Origin: Macrostomum lignano
Taxonomy: Eukaryota
NCBI GenBank assembly: GCA_002269645.1
Contig: NIVC01000014.1
Location: 248,001 to 312,000 of the forward strand
Reading direction: 5' to 3'
DNA length: 64,000 nucleotides
This document shows, one piece after another, positions 25,603 through 37,955 of this stretch. Position numbers and translations under genes: made by a program. Under the pieces are notes generated by a model, which saw only the letters and a list, made by a program, of their open reading frames with translations, did no database searches and was not told the origin of the DNA. The stretch's first letter is position 1. Every line of letters begins with the position of its first letter.

Positions 25603-28600
25603 ATGGCTGGTAGACATCCTCATTCAAGTGCTGTCAGAGCTTTACAACAGGAGCTCAAAAGTCTAAATGATGAGCCGGTCGAAGGGTTCAAAGTAAAGCT
25701 TAAAGATGAGGACAATATATTTGAATGGGACGTTGCCATTTTTGGCCCACCTGGAACTCTTTATCAGGGAGGATATTTCAAGGTATGACAATAAAATTAT
25801 GGTTTAAATGCTTCTGTTCAATTTTGATACTTGTTTGTTAATGTTATTTGCTTTGCTGCCTTTGCATTGCATAATTTACCAAACTAACCAAGTCTTCAAT
25901 TAAGTCAAGATTATGTGAACCAACCTAAAGCTATTATGTTAACTTTATTTGGGCCTAGATATAAATTAACTACTGGCCTATCGTGGTATTATAATTGTTA
26001 ATTAAAAAGCATCCATTTAGTTAGCACCTAACCTTGGCTTTACCCTTAGTTTATTTTCTGGATATGAAAAATTTAGGTCTAAACAATATAGCTAGTAAAT
26101 TTGAAACCTATATAAGCCAAGAACTAGGACTAGAGTATAGCCCTATATATCAAATCTATATTATTTATAGTAGTCTAGATTTTATTAGAAAAATATCTTT
26201 TTATTACTCTTTATTATTATGTTGGCTTTTTAGCTTTTATATTTATTGAATAAGAAGCCCCCTATTGCTTTTACAAAAATTAATAACCATATGATCCATT
26301 TGAATTCATGCCTAAAGTCTAAGAAAACATTTTTGTTATGTTGCACACATATGCCCAACCTCAAAATTTGTCTAGATTTGCAACTTAGTTTCTTTTGATT
26401 TTGAATTAGTTCCTTCTAATTGCAACTTAGTTCCTCTTGATTGCAACTTAGGTCCCCTAATTGTGACCTAATTTTTACTTTGTATATGACTTTTCTTGCC
26501 TTTCTTGTTTTTTTCTCTTTCTTTTTCTCTCTTTCCTTTCTCTCTCTCTTCTCCCTCCTTTCTTTTACTTTTCTCTTCTTCTTTCTTTTTTCCCCTAATT
26601 TTTTGTTTTTTGTGTTTTTGATTTTGTGACTTACCTTGGCTGGTAGCCATTTCACCCATCTAGTTTAGACCAGTGGCTATATTGTGCTGCAAATTCGCTC
26701 CAGGCTAAAAAATGGTGCAAATATGCAAAAAATTTGACCATGGTGCAAAAAATTAAAGCAGCAGTAAGCGCAAAAAAATAACTTATTTTTCAAATGTTCA
26801 AAAACATTTTTTGATTTTTTACACAGAAAAGAGGGGTTTCTATTAGTTCCAAGCTTTTGTCTATGGCCAACATCAACAAATCTGATGACTCATCACTAAA
26901 TTCAATATCAATTTGCACTCCATATGCCCAAATAAGAGTAGGCTAAATAAAGGAGCATTAGTTTGCACTGCAAAGATTGGTAGGGAGTGGACTATCTAGT
27001 GTTTTAGTATCTGTGAACTAGATTTACAAGTTATACTAGATAATGAAAAGGATATTTTTGGTCACTACTCACTAAGTAGTACATAGACTTGCAGACATTG
27101 CTAGACATCGTAACTGTGTTGTGACTGTCAATATCTTTTTGATAAAAATATATGAGTGCGTGATCATTATAAAAGAGCAGACTTTTTGCCTATGGTACAG
27201 TGTGGAATTTAGCCAAAGAATGATAAGAATTTTCCATATTTTTGTTAAGTATAATGCCTTTTTTAAAGTATCACTCCAGTGTTTTTTTGGGGCTATGTAT
27301 ATACTGATAGCTCAATTTTTTTTGTATTGGCGCAAAAATTTCAGGTTGGCTTGCTATAGCCACTGGTTCGGACGGGTCGGATGGGTATTGGGCAATATGA
27401 CTATGCATATTTTCTGTAATATTTTGGCAAAATAATTTTTGTTTTAAACCATCAATAAAGTTAATATAAATAGATACAATTCTAGCAGAAGAAAAAGCAA
27501 CTTGCACTCACTGCAATATATTAAGAAAAACAGTTAATAGTGATTAAGGAAGAAGAATTCTAAGTCAATATATTTAAAGTATGTTTTCCAAGTTGATTTA
27601 TTTTTTCAAGTGAGGTGAAATACATAAGCATATACAGTATATACCACTAAGAAGCAAAAGTGTTGAGTAAAAGAATACAAAGTAGATCCTAACAGTACAT
27701 ATAAGGTACTGGAGGCTATGACCCACTGATCTCAGTAATGCCCAAGACTAGAAATATATGCAGTACATATACCAGTAGACTATATACTGCTCAGGCCAAA
27801 ATAACAATAGAATGCTACTAGAATAACAGTAGAACGCTGCCTATGAGGGTTTAATTAAATACTTAGAATATATACTGAGAAGAATAATTCTTAAACTAAT
27901 ACTCACATATATACTTGGATCAATACTTAACCTATGCTTAAATAAATACTCAGATTAAAACTTAGATTAACACTAAAAATATTACTTAAACTGATTCTGT
28001 GAAATTAAAAGTTAGGATAATAAATCTATATTAGAATTAGAACAGTATTGGTGGCAACAACATGAGACAAAGTAAGCCCTTTCACAACTTTGGTAAGAAT
28101 TTTAATGAAGAGAAGTAAACCTTGTAACAACTTGGTAGCATTAGTGGAATTTCTAAGAGGGAACAATAAACCTTTGTAGCAGTGGTGGGATTTATAGGTA
28201 GAGAGGAAAAATGCCTATATAAAATTTTTGTCATTTTAAATAAAATTTTATTGTAGGCCTACAATTATACAAAATAGACATTTTTGTAAATTTAATCTCT
28301 TTCTCAATGGCAAAATCTTTAGCTTCTTTTGTTATATAAATAATAACAGAATGTGTTTGGTGTCACAGGGTATATAAAGCATTTAATAAATTATAAAAAT
28401 AGATATTATATTAAAGGAGAGAAAGTTCATTTTTCTGATTATTTTATATATAAAATTTGGATCCATTTTTATAGTGCAAAATTTGCTACTTGATTGTTAT
28501 TGTTTAGTGGCCCAACCAGGAAGGAAATGGAGAGCAATCACCCCTCCCCCTTAGGTGGAGACCTGAAAAAATCAAAGGGAGGCCAAGTAAATTTTCATCA

Positions 28601-30300
28601 AAAAACAAAGCCACCCCCTCTACCCTTCCTTGGTCTTTATCCTCTAGAATCTGCCCCCCTCAACAAATTTCTGGTTGCACTACTATTGATATTGATATTA
28701 ATAATATTAACAGTGCTATTTTTCTTCTTTAGGCTAGTTGACTATTCAATTCGCTTAAATTACCAGTAATTATTTTTCATTGATCCATCAATAGGTGAAG
28801 GTTGGTATTATTAATAATTCATATAGGTAAGCATAGATATAATATATAAAATACTGCGCTCAACACTTTTAGGCCTCAATGCTGTTTCCTATGGACTATC
28901 CATACTCGCCGCCTTCAATCTCCTTCATTTCGAAGATGTTTCATCCTAACATTTATGATGTAAGTAGCCTTATTTCATTGTGTTTTGGCTGCCAGATGGA
29001 CAGGCAGACAGACAGGCAGACAGACGAACAGACAGACGGACAGAAAGACAGACACAGATAGACAGAGAGGCAGACAGACAGACATCAAACAGCCAGATAC
29101 AGACACTACAGACAGACACCACTAAGACGGAAATGCAAAGACATAATGGACGGTAGACTGTACGGTAGCTTTTAAATAATAGAGTGACAAACCATCAAAC
29201 CAGATGACACATCTATCTAACACACAATTTAATTGGCTTCCAGGACGGCAAGGTGTGCATCTCAATTTTGCATCCGCCTGGCGATGACCCAGCCAGCGGT
29301 GAGCTGCCCTCGGAACGGTGGAATCCAACGCAGAATGTGCGCACTATACTACTCAGCGTTATTTCCCTCCTAAACGAGCCCAACACATCTTCGCCGGCTA
29401 ATGTTGACGCGTCGGTCATGTTTCGTAAATGGAAAGAAAACAAGAGCGACGACTATGTGAAAATTGTTGCGTAAGTGGGACAAAAAGGTCAAACCATATC
29501 ATCAGGTCAGACCCTCTTCAACCCTACCATAGTAGGTCAAACCCTTTCAAAAGCTACCATAGGTCAGAACCTCCCCAAACCTACCATAGAAAGTCAGACC
29601 CTCCCCAAGCCTACAATAGGTCAGACCATCCCCAAACCTACCATAGAAGATCAGACCATCCTCAAAGCCTACCATAAAAGGTCAGACCCGCCTCAAACCT
29701 ACCATAGAAGGTCAGACCATCCCCAAACCTACCATAGAAGGTCAGACCCTCCCAAAACCTACCATAGAAGGTCAGACTCTCCCAAAGCCTACCATAGAAG
29801 GTCAGACCCGCCTCAAACCTACCATAGAAGGTCAGACCTTCCCGAAGCCTACCATGGAAGATCAGACCATCCCCAAACCTACCATAGAAGGTCAGACCCT
29901 CCCAATGCCTACCATAGGTCAGACCCTTTCCCAGCGTGAATTTCGTCTCAGAATGCCAACTGTCACTTCGATTCAGACGCAATCACCTTTAACCGCCTAA
30001 CTCCGCCTTAAAACCCGGTGCAGCAAGCAGGTGGAGAGCACCCGTCGAGATGCCGAGGCTGACGGTGTTGTGGTGCCCACAAGAGTGGAAGACTACGTTG
30101 TCAGGCAGACTAGCGGCGTTGACATCGAGGACCAGCATAATGCCTACGACTATCACTATGACGATTATGACGATTATGGAGACGACTGCGACACCGACGA
30201 TTCAGAGGATGCTGACGCTCCGGCAGCCGATGTGACGCAGCAGCCGCCGCCACCGACGCGTCAAAACGGCGCCTCTGCGGCATCGAATCGAGCATCATGA
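25603..30300 (+). CDS. CDC34: Ubiquitin-conjugating enzyme E2 R (CDC34/UBE2R), 4 exons, 256 aa
   Basis: Exons 25603-25782, 28873-28959, 29244-29470, 30024-30300 with canonical gtatga/gtaagt donors and consistent phases. [35 protein letters not shown], catalytic [12 protein letters not shown]34-specific acidic loop [29 protein letters not shown] and an acidic tail. Confidence 0.96.
26671..27365. mobile_element. 695-bp non-autonomous hAT-like element in CDC34 intron 1
   Basis: Perfect 11-bp TIR CAGTGGCTATA (26671-26681; reverse complement 27355-27365); flanking 8-mers gtttagac and gttcggac (6/8) fit a decayed 8-bp TSD. Confidence 0.55.
28995..29120. repeat. (cagacaga)n-type low-complexity repeat, CDC34 intron 2
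   Basis: Repeated acag/gaca units. Confidence 0.8.
29500..29925. repeat. 30-bp minisatellite (accatagaaggtcagaccctccccaaacct), ~14 copies, CDC34 intron 3
   Basis: accatag at 29701, 29731 and onward. Confidence 0.93.
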
Positions 30301-30698
30301 GTTGTCACCCAACCCCTCTCCCTCAGTCATTGTTTGTAGCATTCCCTTTATCCTCCCTTCCCCCTACTGTTATTGGTTACTTCAACTTGCTACTGTGAAA
30401 ATCTGAAATCTTCACTAAATTATCGCTATACACAGATAATATGCATGCGACAGCCACAGGTTTTAGAATAACCAGATCTGTCACTCGCAATTAAAGTTGT
30501 AAAAAATTAGAGCGTCTATTAACACTCTTTTTCAGTAGTTTGTCTACACACTGTCACTTTAATTTGATGTAGCAGCTGAAGTTTCCTTTCCTTCCTCGAG
30601 TTTTGCGGCCTCCGCAGCATATGGGGTTAAGAACAAACAGCAAGCATTTAACTCGATGTACACAATTGAACTCAATACAGTCTGAAGGAGGCAGGCCT

Positions 30699-30900
30699 AA
30701 TCTGGCTCAGCCAATGAGAGAGCAGTAAGGAGAGAGGCAAAGTCAGACAGACGAAAGTCAGTCTAGGTGGCAGGCCCATTCTGGCTCAGCCAATGAGAGA
30801 GTAGCAAGGAGAGAGGTTAAAGTCAAACGGAAGAAACTCCGCCTAGGGGAGGTCCAATCTGGCTCAGCCAATGTGAGAGCAGTAAGGAGAGAGGTTAAAG
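30699..30900. repeat. ~79-bp direct repeat, 3 copies, downstream of the CDC34 stop
   Basis: tctggctcagccaatg at 30701, 30780 and 30858. Confidence 0.85.
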
Positions 30901-32836
30901 TCAGTACCAAGCAGGCAAGAGGAAAGCCAAATTGTTTATCGGCCTGGCTGGGGGCTTAAGCGTCATCTCCTTTCTCTCTTGCTCGCTATCCACTGGATTT
31001 GGCTTCAAGTTTCCTGAAATCTTCCGTCTTAAATTAATTTATTCTTTAATGAATACTTTAGAGCCTGAAGCAGTCTGAAATCGTTGAAGATGCTAGTTTA
31101 ATGGTCTGGTTTTAGAAAACTCTAGGCGACTATTGCAGCTTCAAAATATTTAAATGAACCTTGTTAAATTCGCTTATTCAATAATCGACAAAAAGCGCTA
31201 ATTTAGCTACGGAAAAAGTAGTACTTTAGCACAATTTATGTGCTAATTTCGTACTAAAAGTAGTGCGAAAGAAAGTCAAGCTATGTATTATCTGTGTCCC
31301 TGATAACTTTTATCAGAGCGACGTTAATGTGCGTTTCCTAAATATTAATACTATAGTAATACTAATAGTAATACTTTATCAAAAAATTCTTAAATTATTC
31401 AAGCTCTTGAGTTCACTTATTGAATTTCTTTTCAATAATCTAGGCCTCTGTGTTCTTGTGTGATCATATATGTATAAATTATTAATATTATTATTAACTA
31501 CCTCTAGCATGTTTGTCTGACTATCCCTCTTCTCAGTCTGTCTTTCCCTCAATTACTTTTCTTTCTTTCGTTTTATTTTCTTTATTCCATGCTCCAAAAT
31601 TGTTTGTCCGCTAATATTGTGTCGTCTTTAATAAAATACTTTAAAAATGTTTGTTTTAACTGATCTTCTTGCAAAATTAAGCTTATAGATTGTGTTCTTG
31701 TTCTTGCCGATGACCATTGTGCATCATTGTGCAGCCTCCCCCTGCGTCTCCCCCTCCGTCTCCCCCTGCGTCTCCCCCTCCGCCTTCCCTGCATCTCCCC
31801 TTCCTATCTTCTCTTTCACTCTCTCTTCCGCTTGAAAAAGTACACTCTGACCGTTCTTACCGTTCTCTCTTAACTCTATTGCTGTTCTATTTTTGTCTCT
31901 GACAGTAGACTGGCAAGACCAGGCCTTCCAGTTAATGCCAAGATCGATTTTTCTTGGTGTCAATCTTTAACTTAATCAAAATCATTTTTTGTGTACTCTA
32001 TCTGTATTTATCTATCCTTATAATATGAAGATCGAAAGCATGCTAGATGTACCACTCTGTCTACTTTTACTAGCGCCTAAAATTGTGGCTCTGTACAGCT
32101 ATGCAACTTGGGAATGTAAGTTATGTTTATAGTTAAGCCTGTTTATCCATGCAGTGTGTATGGCGTATCCAAAATTAGTTTTAGGAACAGGTATTTGCGC
32201 ATAGGACTGCGTGTACATATGAATATCAGTTTTCTTTATTTTGTACCATCTAATTAATTATTTCGGGTTGAAATTGTTTGCTTAAAATCATCATTTCATG
32301 TACAATTGTTTGTGCTTAGTTGCGTCTCATTTGAGTTGACTTTGTTTGAAAAGTACATATGGAAAAAGAACATATACGAAAGTGCATATATAAAAGTACA
32401 TTTATAAAATTCATCTGTATTGGATGCTTATAACTTTAACTGAGTTTGGCTGTTTAGTTGATAATTTGAACTGTGACTCTTATTTAAAAGCCTATGGATT
32501 TTGTATTTGTAATTTTATATTTGATTTCTGCACGTTAACAGTATAGCTGTGTCTGTCTTCAATATCGCGTTACTAGGACAAAAATGAATTTACTGAATTA
32601 AAATTTACTTTTATTAAGAGTAAATCTCTTATTGGAAAATATAGCATCATTTTTTGTTTGTTATCTATGATTTGTTTGTAATGGAAACTGTTTAAATTTG
32701 TTTTTACACCGTTGATCCATGCCACTATTCATTTCTGCTTCGACTCACCTGTACTGTACGCTCATGCACCAGTGTTGCTGCGCCAGGCTTTGGTCTAAGA
32801 TACTTTAAATTTTATCAGAATATTCATCATAATCCT

Positions 32837-32996
32837 CTCAGTTGGTGGGCCAGCCTCCCAGATCCTCAGTTGCTGAGCCAGCCTCCCAGATCCTCAGTTG
32901 CTGGGCCAGCCTCCCAGATCCTCAGTTGCTGGGCCAGCCTCCCAGATCCTCAGTTCGTGTGCCCGCCTCCCAGATCCTCAGTTCGTGTGCCCGCCT
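32837..32996. repeat. Second short array (~5-6 copies) of the 28-bp gggccagcctcccagatcctcagttgct unit
   Basis: Same unit and orientation as 11842-12950. Confidence 0.95.
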
Positions 32997-33748
32997 TGGG
33001 TCAGATTCAGTTCTTGACACATTCGCAGTGCAGCAAAACTGGTTGCGCTGTTAATTCTCTCTGAATCATTTTTACGGTGTTTGCTGTTGCACGCTACTAC
33101 TCATATGTATCAGTAGCACAGTGGGGGTTCTAAAAAAGTGATAAAAATAAATTGTTGCAAGTTTCGTTCTTGAGACACTGACCTTTGATGTCACTGCGCA
33201 TTCTTTAATATGCTGCTTAAATTGTCTGTCTGTATGGCATTCTGATTCCAGAACTCGTTCCCACTTTCTGTAGTTTTGTTTGACAACATTGCTTATTAAA
33301 TAAATAATCATACAAAACAAAGACAAATTTGAAGTCAGCTTTACAGAAAATATTTGTCAAAGTTATCCTAATTTCAAAGTAAATCGACTGATTGACACAT
33401 ACAGCTGTTGTTGGTCTGTGTTTTCACTGTCTTCTTCTTTTCTATATCTTGGTAGATCAATTTGAGTGAAAGGAAGTAACTAATAGCATGCATTGTAATT
33501 GCATTATCTCCCTTCCCGAGTGACTTGCATCGCCTGTTATAAAGAGCCTGAGTCTTCCACTCTCCCCTGTAAGTCCCTGCGCGGGACCACAACGCCTTCG
33601 GTTGTCCCCCACAACCAGCGCTGAGGCAATTCTCAGAAGCGTCCAGAGGCACGAAACCTGAAAATACACTGCTCAAAGTTCCCTGTTTAAACGCTATAAA
33701 GATTACCCTGCTCAGTTCTAATGCGTCAATAAAGTATAGCTTAGGACA

Positions 33749-36700
33749 TCAACACATCGATGATGAGGCATCCAGCAGCCGCACAGCCACTCTTCCCTGC
33801 TCCTTGTCGGCGTTGCCGCCCGTGACTGTGACGCAGCCGCTGCCGCCGATGCAGGCGGAGCCGCCGCCTCCTCCAGCGTGGCCGAATCCGAGACCCGCTC
33901 CGCCTCCGCTGAAGCCACCACCGGCGCCAGGAGCTCCTCTTGTGCCGCTAGCGCTGCCGCCACCGCCGCCACCGCCGCCGAATCCGCCGTTGCCGCCACC
34001 GCCGTCGCCGCCGCTGCCGCCGACCCAGCCGTCGGCTACGCTGCCGCCTCGCTCTCCGTCGGTGTTGCCTCGTCTCGGGTTGACGGCCTTGCCGAGCCAG
34101 CCGGCACCGCAGCCGCCGTGGATGTAGCCGGACCCAGTGCGGCTCGGAGTGTTGGAGCCCGGGGCTCCGTTGGTTCCGCCTAAGCCAGAGAGGCGGGAGT
34201 GCTTGCCAATCGTGTCCGAACCGTTGCGTCCGGACTCACCAGGCAGTCCTGTTGTTTGCGTCATTTTATTGGCTTGAGTACATGTCAAACTTGTACTGTT
34301 GGTGTGACATGTAGTATTGCAGAATGTAAAATTCTCAAATTTCCTGTTTAAATTTATCACTGGAAGCACAATACGCTCGTAAAAGTTTCAACTAACGCTT
34401 AAACAAGAAGTGAATTTCACTCTCTAATCCCACATAGCACTTTGGGCACACTCATCTTATACAAGTACACAATACACAGGTGAGCATTGATTATCAACTT
34501 AACTATAAGAATTTCGCTCGCCAAATGGCTAATTTTGCAAAAAGTACATCTTAAGTGGACGTTCACCTCAGACGTCCTTGCCATGAACGAGTATTTTAAA
34601 AGGTGGTATAGTTAGAAACTCGACTGTTGAAACACAAAAGCGGGCCTGTACGTCTGTGGCAAAAACCCCGAGTTCGGGAAGCTCACCGTTTCCACCAGTG
34701 GCGCCACCGCCACCGCCGCCCGCAGCCAGCAGCAGCCGAGTCTCCGATCCGTCGCTTGTCCACACGAAGCTGCCGCCGCCTCCGCCAGGCGCAGCGCCGT
34801 TCACCGATTCGTTGCTGCCCGCCTGTCCGACGGCGATGTCCAATCGGATTCCGGCCGTCAGACTGAAGTTGGCAGCCGCGGTGGCTCCGTGGCCTCCGAC
34901 GGTGCCTTTGGACAGCTTGCTGCCGCCTCTGGCTCCGGCGGCCTCGATGCGGTAGCAGCCGGTGAGGCCGATCTGCAGGTGCTGGACGGACCCGCTGCTG
35001 CCCGTGGACAAGTCTGTAATTAACAACGCGTCAAAAATAGGCATTCTGATCTCAGCTGCATCCAATCCATTACATATCGAATAAGCTAAAGGAAGGATTG
35101 CATGCAGGTAATACCAACTGCTCACTCTTGAACACGACATCGAGCCTGTAGGCCCTCTCTCGGATTAGCTGCTCACCCGGCGGTAAAAATCACGTCGAAA
35201 TGACGTCGATATTCGCCTTTTAAAGACTATCGCCGAATTAGTTGTCGGTTGAACCTTCATTCGACGTCGAAATTTCGATATGAATTATTTTATCTTCTCA
35301 TTAGCCAAATATATCATTTATGATATTTTACAATGTTTTCTTCAACGTGATTGCGATTTTACAAAATTGACCTAAAAATTCAGTACAACAGAGGTTATAT
35401 TTTTTGTTTTAACTCAGCGCTAGATACGCGCATTTTTTAAAAATATCGCCATGCGATGTCGATTTATTATTTTTGATGCCTAACTTATATACATAAATGT
35501 TTAACTTATACTTCTGTATTACGCATGGCAGCTTCTTCCTTTCAATGCATTTTTTATATTTGTGGCTGTATTAATGTGTGATTGTGTGTCATAAATTGTG
35601 TGTATAATTTGGTTTAACATAATATTGCTGCCTAGAGTTTTAATCGTTTATATATGTATAAGCGAATCAATAAAGTAGCCATAAATTTTTTATTGTTTGT
35701 TTTGCTGCCATTGCTGTTAATTATCTTTCCAGTCAAGAGGAACAACAAAGATAATTGTTCATTTTCCTCTTTTATTTGCTTTGCTGTTATTGTTACTTCT
35801 CATTTTTTATTTCACATTTTACATTTTTGAGTGTAGTTCTAGTTAGACTCAATATCATCTTTTGTCCATTATGTCATGCTTTTGCTAGTTCTTTATCAAG
35901 GTCAAAATTGCAGAAAGTAAAGAAGTTGTAGTTTGTGTTTGTAGCATATGCTCATAGTTACAGTAAAAACTAAATTGCAATGGCCAAATAATTGCTGAGC
36001 TCTAAGCAAAAGAAGAAATAATTAAAATAAAGACTGATAGAATAAATATATTTAGTATGTAGTTTTTATAATTGCTTATAAACCCTACCATTCTTTAGTA
36101 TGATGCTATTAGATGTATGTAGTTTAGTATATCAGAGCAGACCATTTTTAGTATATATATTTTGAGATTAGAGATTTAGTATAGGTGCATTTATTATATT
36201 TAGATGTTGCCATTGATTAAGTGTAACTACTGTATTAAATGTATACTCTGTTGCCATTGCGTGTATCCGTGTATCATTGCTCACAGTTTTTCATCGTTTT
36301 TTTCTCATCGTTGCTTTCTGTTCGCAATTGCTGGATGCCGATTTCCATGATCGTTTCCAATTGCTGCTGAATTGGAATTGAATACACGGTACTATACTTT
36401 TTTCATGGTTGCAAGATTATTGCAATTTGCGCGGATAGCAAATGAAACGTCAGCCCTAATTAGCATTTTTATGCCTTAACACTTCTTTTACTGCTTAGAG
36501 TATTTCAGCGTATGAGTTATAAAACTTATGTTCCGTCAGCTGTAAGTTACGTACATGTAGTTTATGGCTAATTGTATGAAACATTGCTATAGCATATTAA
36601 TAATATTAAGTACTAGTATTAACAGCCATAATATTAAAATCGAAAATTTGTCGAAAATCGCCATTTGCTTTCTGTGATCTACGAGTATAAACGACGTCGA

Positions 36701-37224
36701 TTTTTCGCCATCAATAGTGGAAAACACGACGTCGCATACTCGACATCTGATGGCGAAAATTTCGACGTCGAAATCGTGGTTCAAATCGACATGAAATTTC
36801 GACGTCGCTTTTCGACGTCATTTCGACGTGATTTTTACCGCCGGGCAAGGTTGGCCACCGTCCACATGGATTCGTCCGCCTCGGAACCGAGAACTCGCGT
36901 CACGTGACTCGCCGTCGGTCCCAGAGACTGCGACGCATCGTTGATGACGACGAGCTGGCAGGTGGAGGTGCTCTTAGGAACGACTGCCACAGCGCAGCCT
37001 CTCGCTCGGCACCTGAGCAGACAGTCGGGCACCGAAGCGACGTTGGTCTCGGTGATGACGTCACTGCTCACAGTCGGATCGAGCGAGACGGGCAGGGCCG
37101 AGCGGACGAGACGCTTGCAGCTGGGCGAAGTTGTCTGCGGCATCCGCGATGCAGCAACTGCAGCGAGGCAGCAGAGCATACAGAGCCTCAGCCATAGTTT
37201 GAGATCGTCAGTCAATTCCAACAT
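33749..37224 (-). pseudogene. Secreted protein (signal peptide + PAN/apple-like segment + ALK/LTK-type glycine-rich domain) with exon 1 interrupted by a transposon; 417 aa if the element is removed
   Basis: Exon 1a 37224-36846, exon 1b 35173-35126 (donor a|gtgagc), exon 2 35013-34687, exon 3 34248-33749; the phases close to 1254 nt. Motifs: LCMLCCLAAVAA leader, DCLLRCRARGC..C (PAN-like), YRIEAAGARGG, AVGQAG, GGGGGSFV, LLLAAGGGGG, GGFGGGGG, GGGFSGG. The element introduces TAA three codons after the insertion point. Confidence 0.8.
35176..36845. mobile_element. 1670-bp non-autonomous DNA transposon with perfect 34-bp TIRs (CCCGGCGGTAAAAATCACGTCGAAATGACGTCGA) and 2-bp TSD (CA); probably CMC/EnSpm (CACTA)-like
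   Basis: TIRs at 35176-35209 and 36812-36845; CA on both flanks (35174-75, 36846-47); repeated subterminal cgacgtcg palindromes; AT-rich interior with no convincing ORF. The superfamily call rests on my recollection that animal CMC elements have CCC ends and 2-bp TSDs. Confidence 0.9.
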
Positions 37225-37694
37225 GTTTCAGCCCTTCTGCTTCTCGTTTTGAAAAAAATCAACCTGCGAGAATTTTTGCTCCGTCGTTTATGACTGCATG
37301 CATGTTTGTCATGCTTTTTTAATCCGCAAGAGACGCTGCTGGAGCTGCAGTTTCTCTGTCTGTCCAACCAATGGAGACTTTTGGTCGCGTAGGCTGTCTG
37401 TTGCTTCTGCGAGGCTAACTCGAATTGGTGACTCCTCCGTATTTACCTCAGCGAGAGTAGACAACTCTCTGCAAAGCCAAGTCGTCCCACAGGAGGTTTT
37501 CCCGCAGGATTTTTTCATTCGTAATTTCAAGTCAAATTCAGTCTATAGACAATGCTAGTCTAGATTAGAACTAGCCTAGACTAGACTAGACATAAATTAG
37601 ACCAGTTTAAAAACTATTAGAACTAGACCAGATTAGAACTAGACTAGACTAGATTTCAGATCCAATTGGATTTAACTTGAAATTCCGACTGGAA

Positions 37695-37955
37695 AAACCT
37701 GCGGGAAAACCTCGCTGCGGGAAAACCTCACTGCGGGAAAACCTCGGTGCGGGAAAACCTCACTGCGGGAAAACCTCACTGCGGGAAAACCTCACTGCGG
37801 GAAAACCTCACTGCGGGAAAACCTCACTGCGGGAAAACCTCGCTGCGGGAAAACCTCACTGCGGGAAAACCTCACTGCGGGAAAACCTCACTGCGGGAAA
37901 ACCTCACTGCGGGAAAACCTCGCTGCGGGAAAACCTCACTGCGGGAAAACTCTGC
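37695..37955. repeat. 16-bp minisatellite (gcgggaaaacctcact), ~16 copies
   Basis: gaaaacc at 37801, 37817 and onward; one inverted copy (aggttttcccgcagg) at ~37494. Confidence 0.95.
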
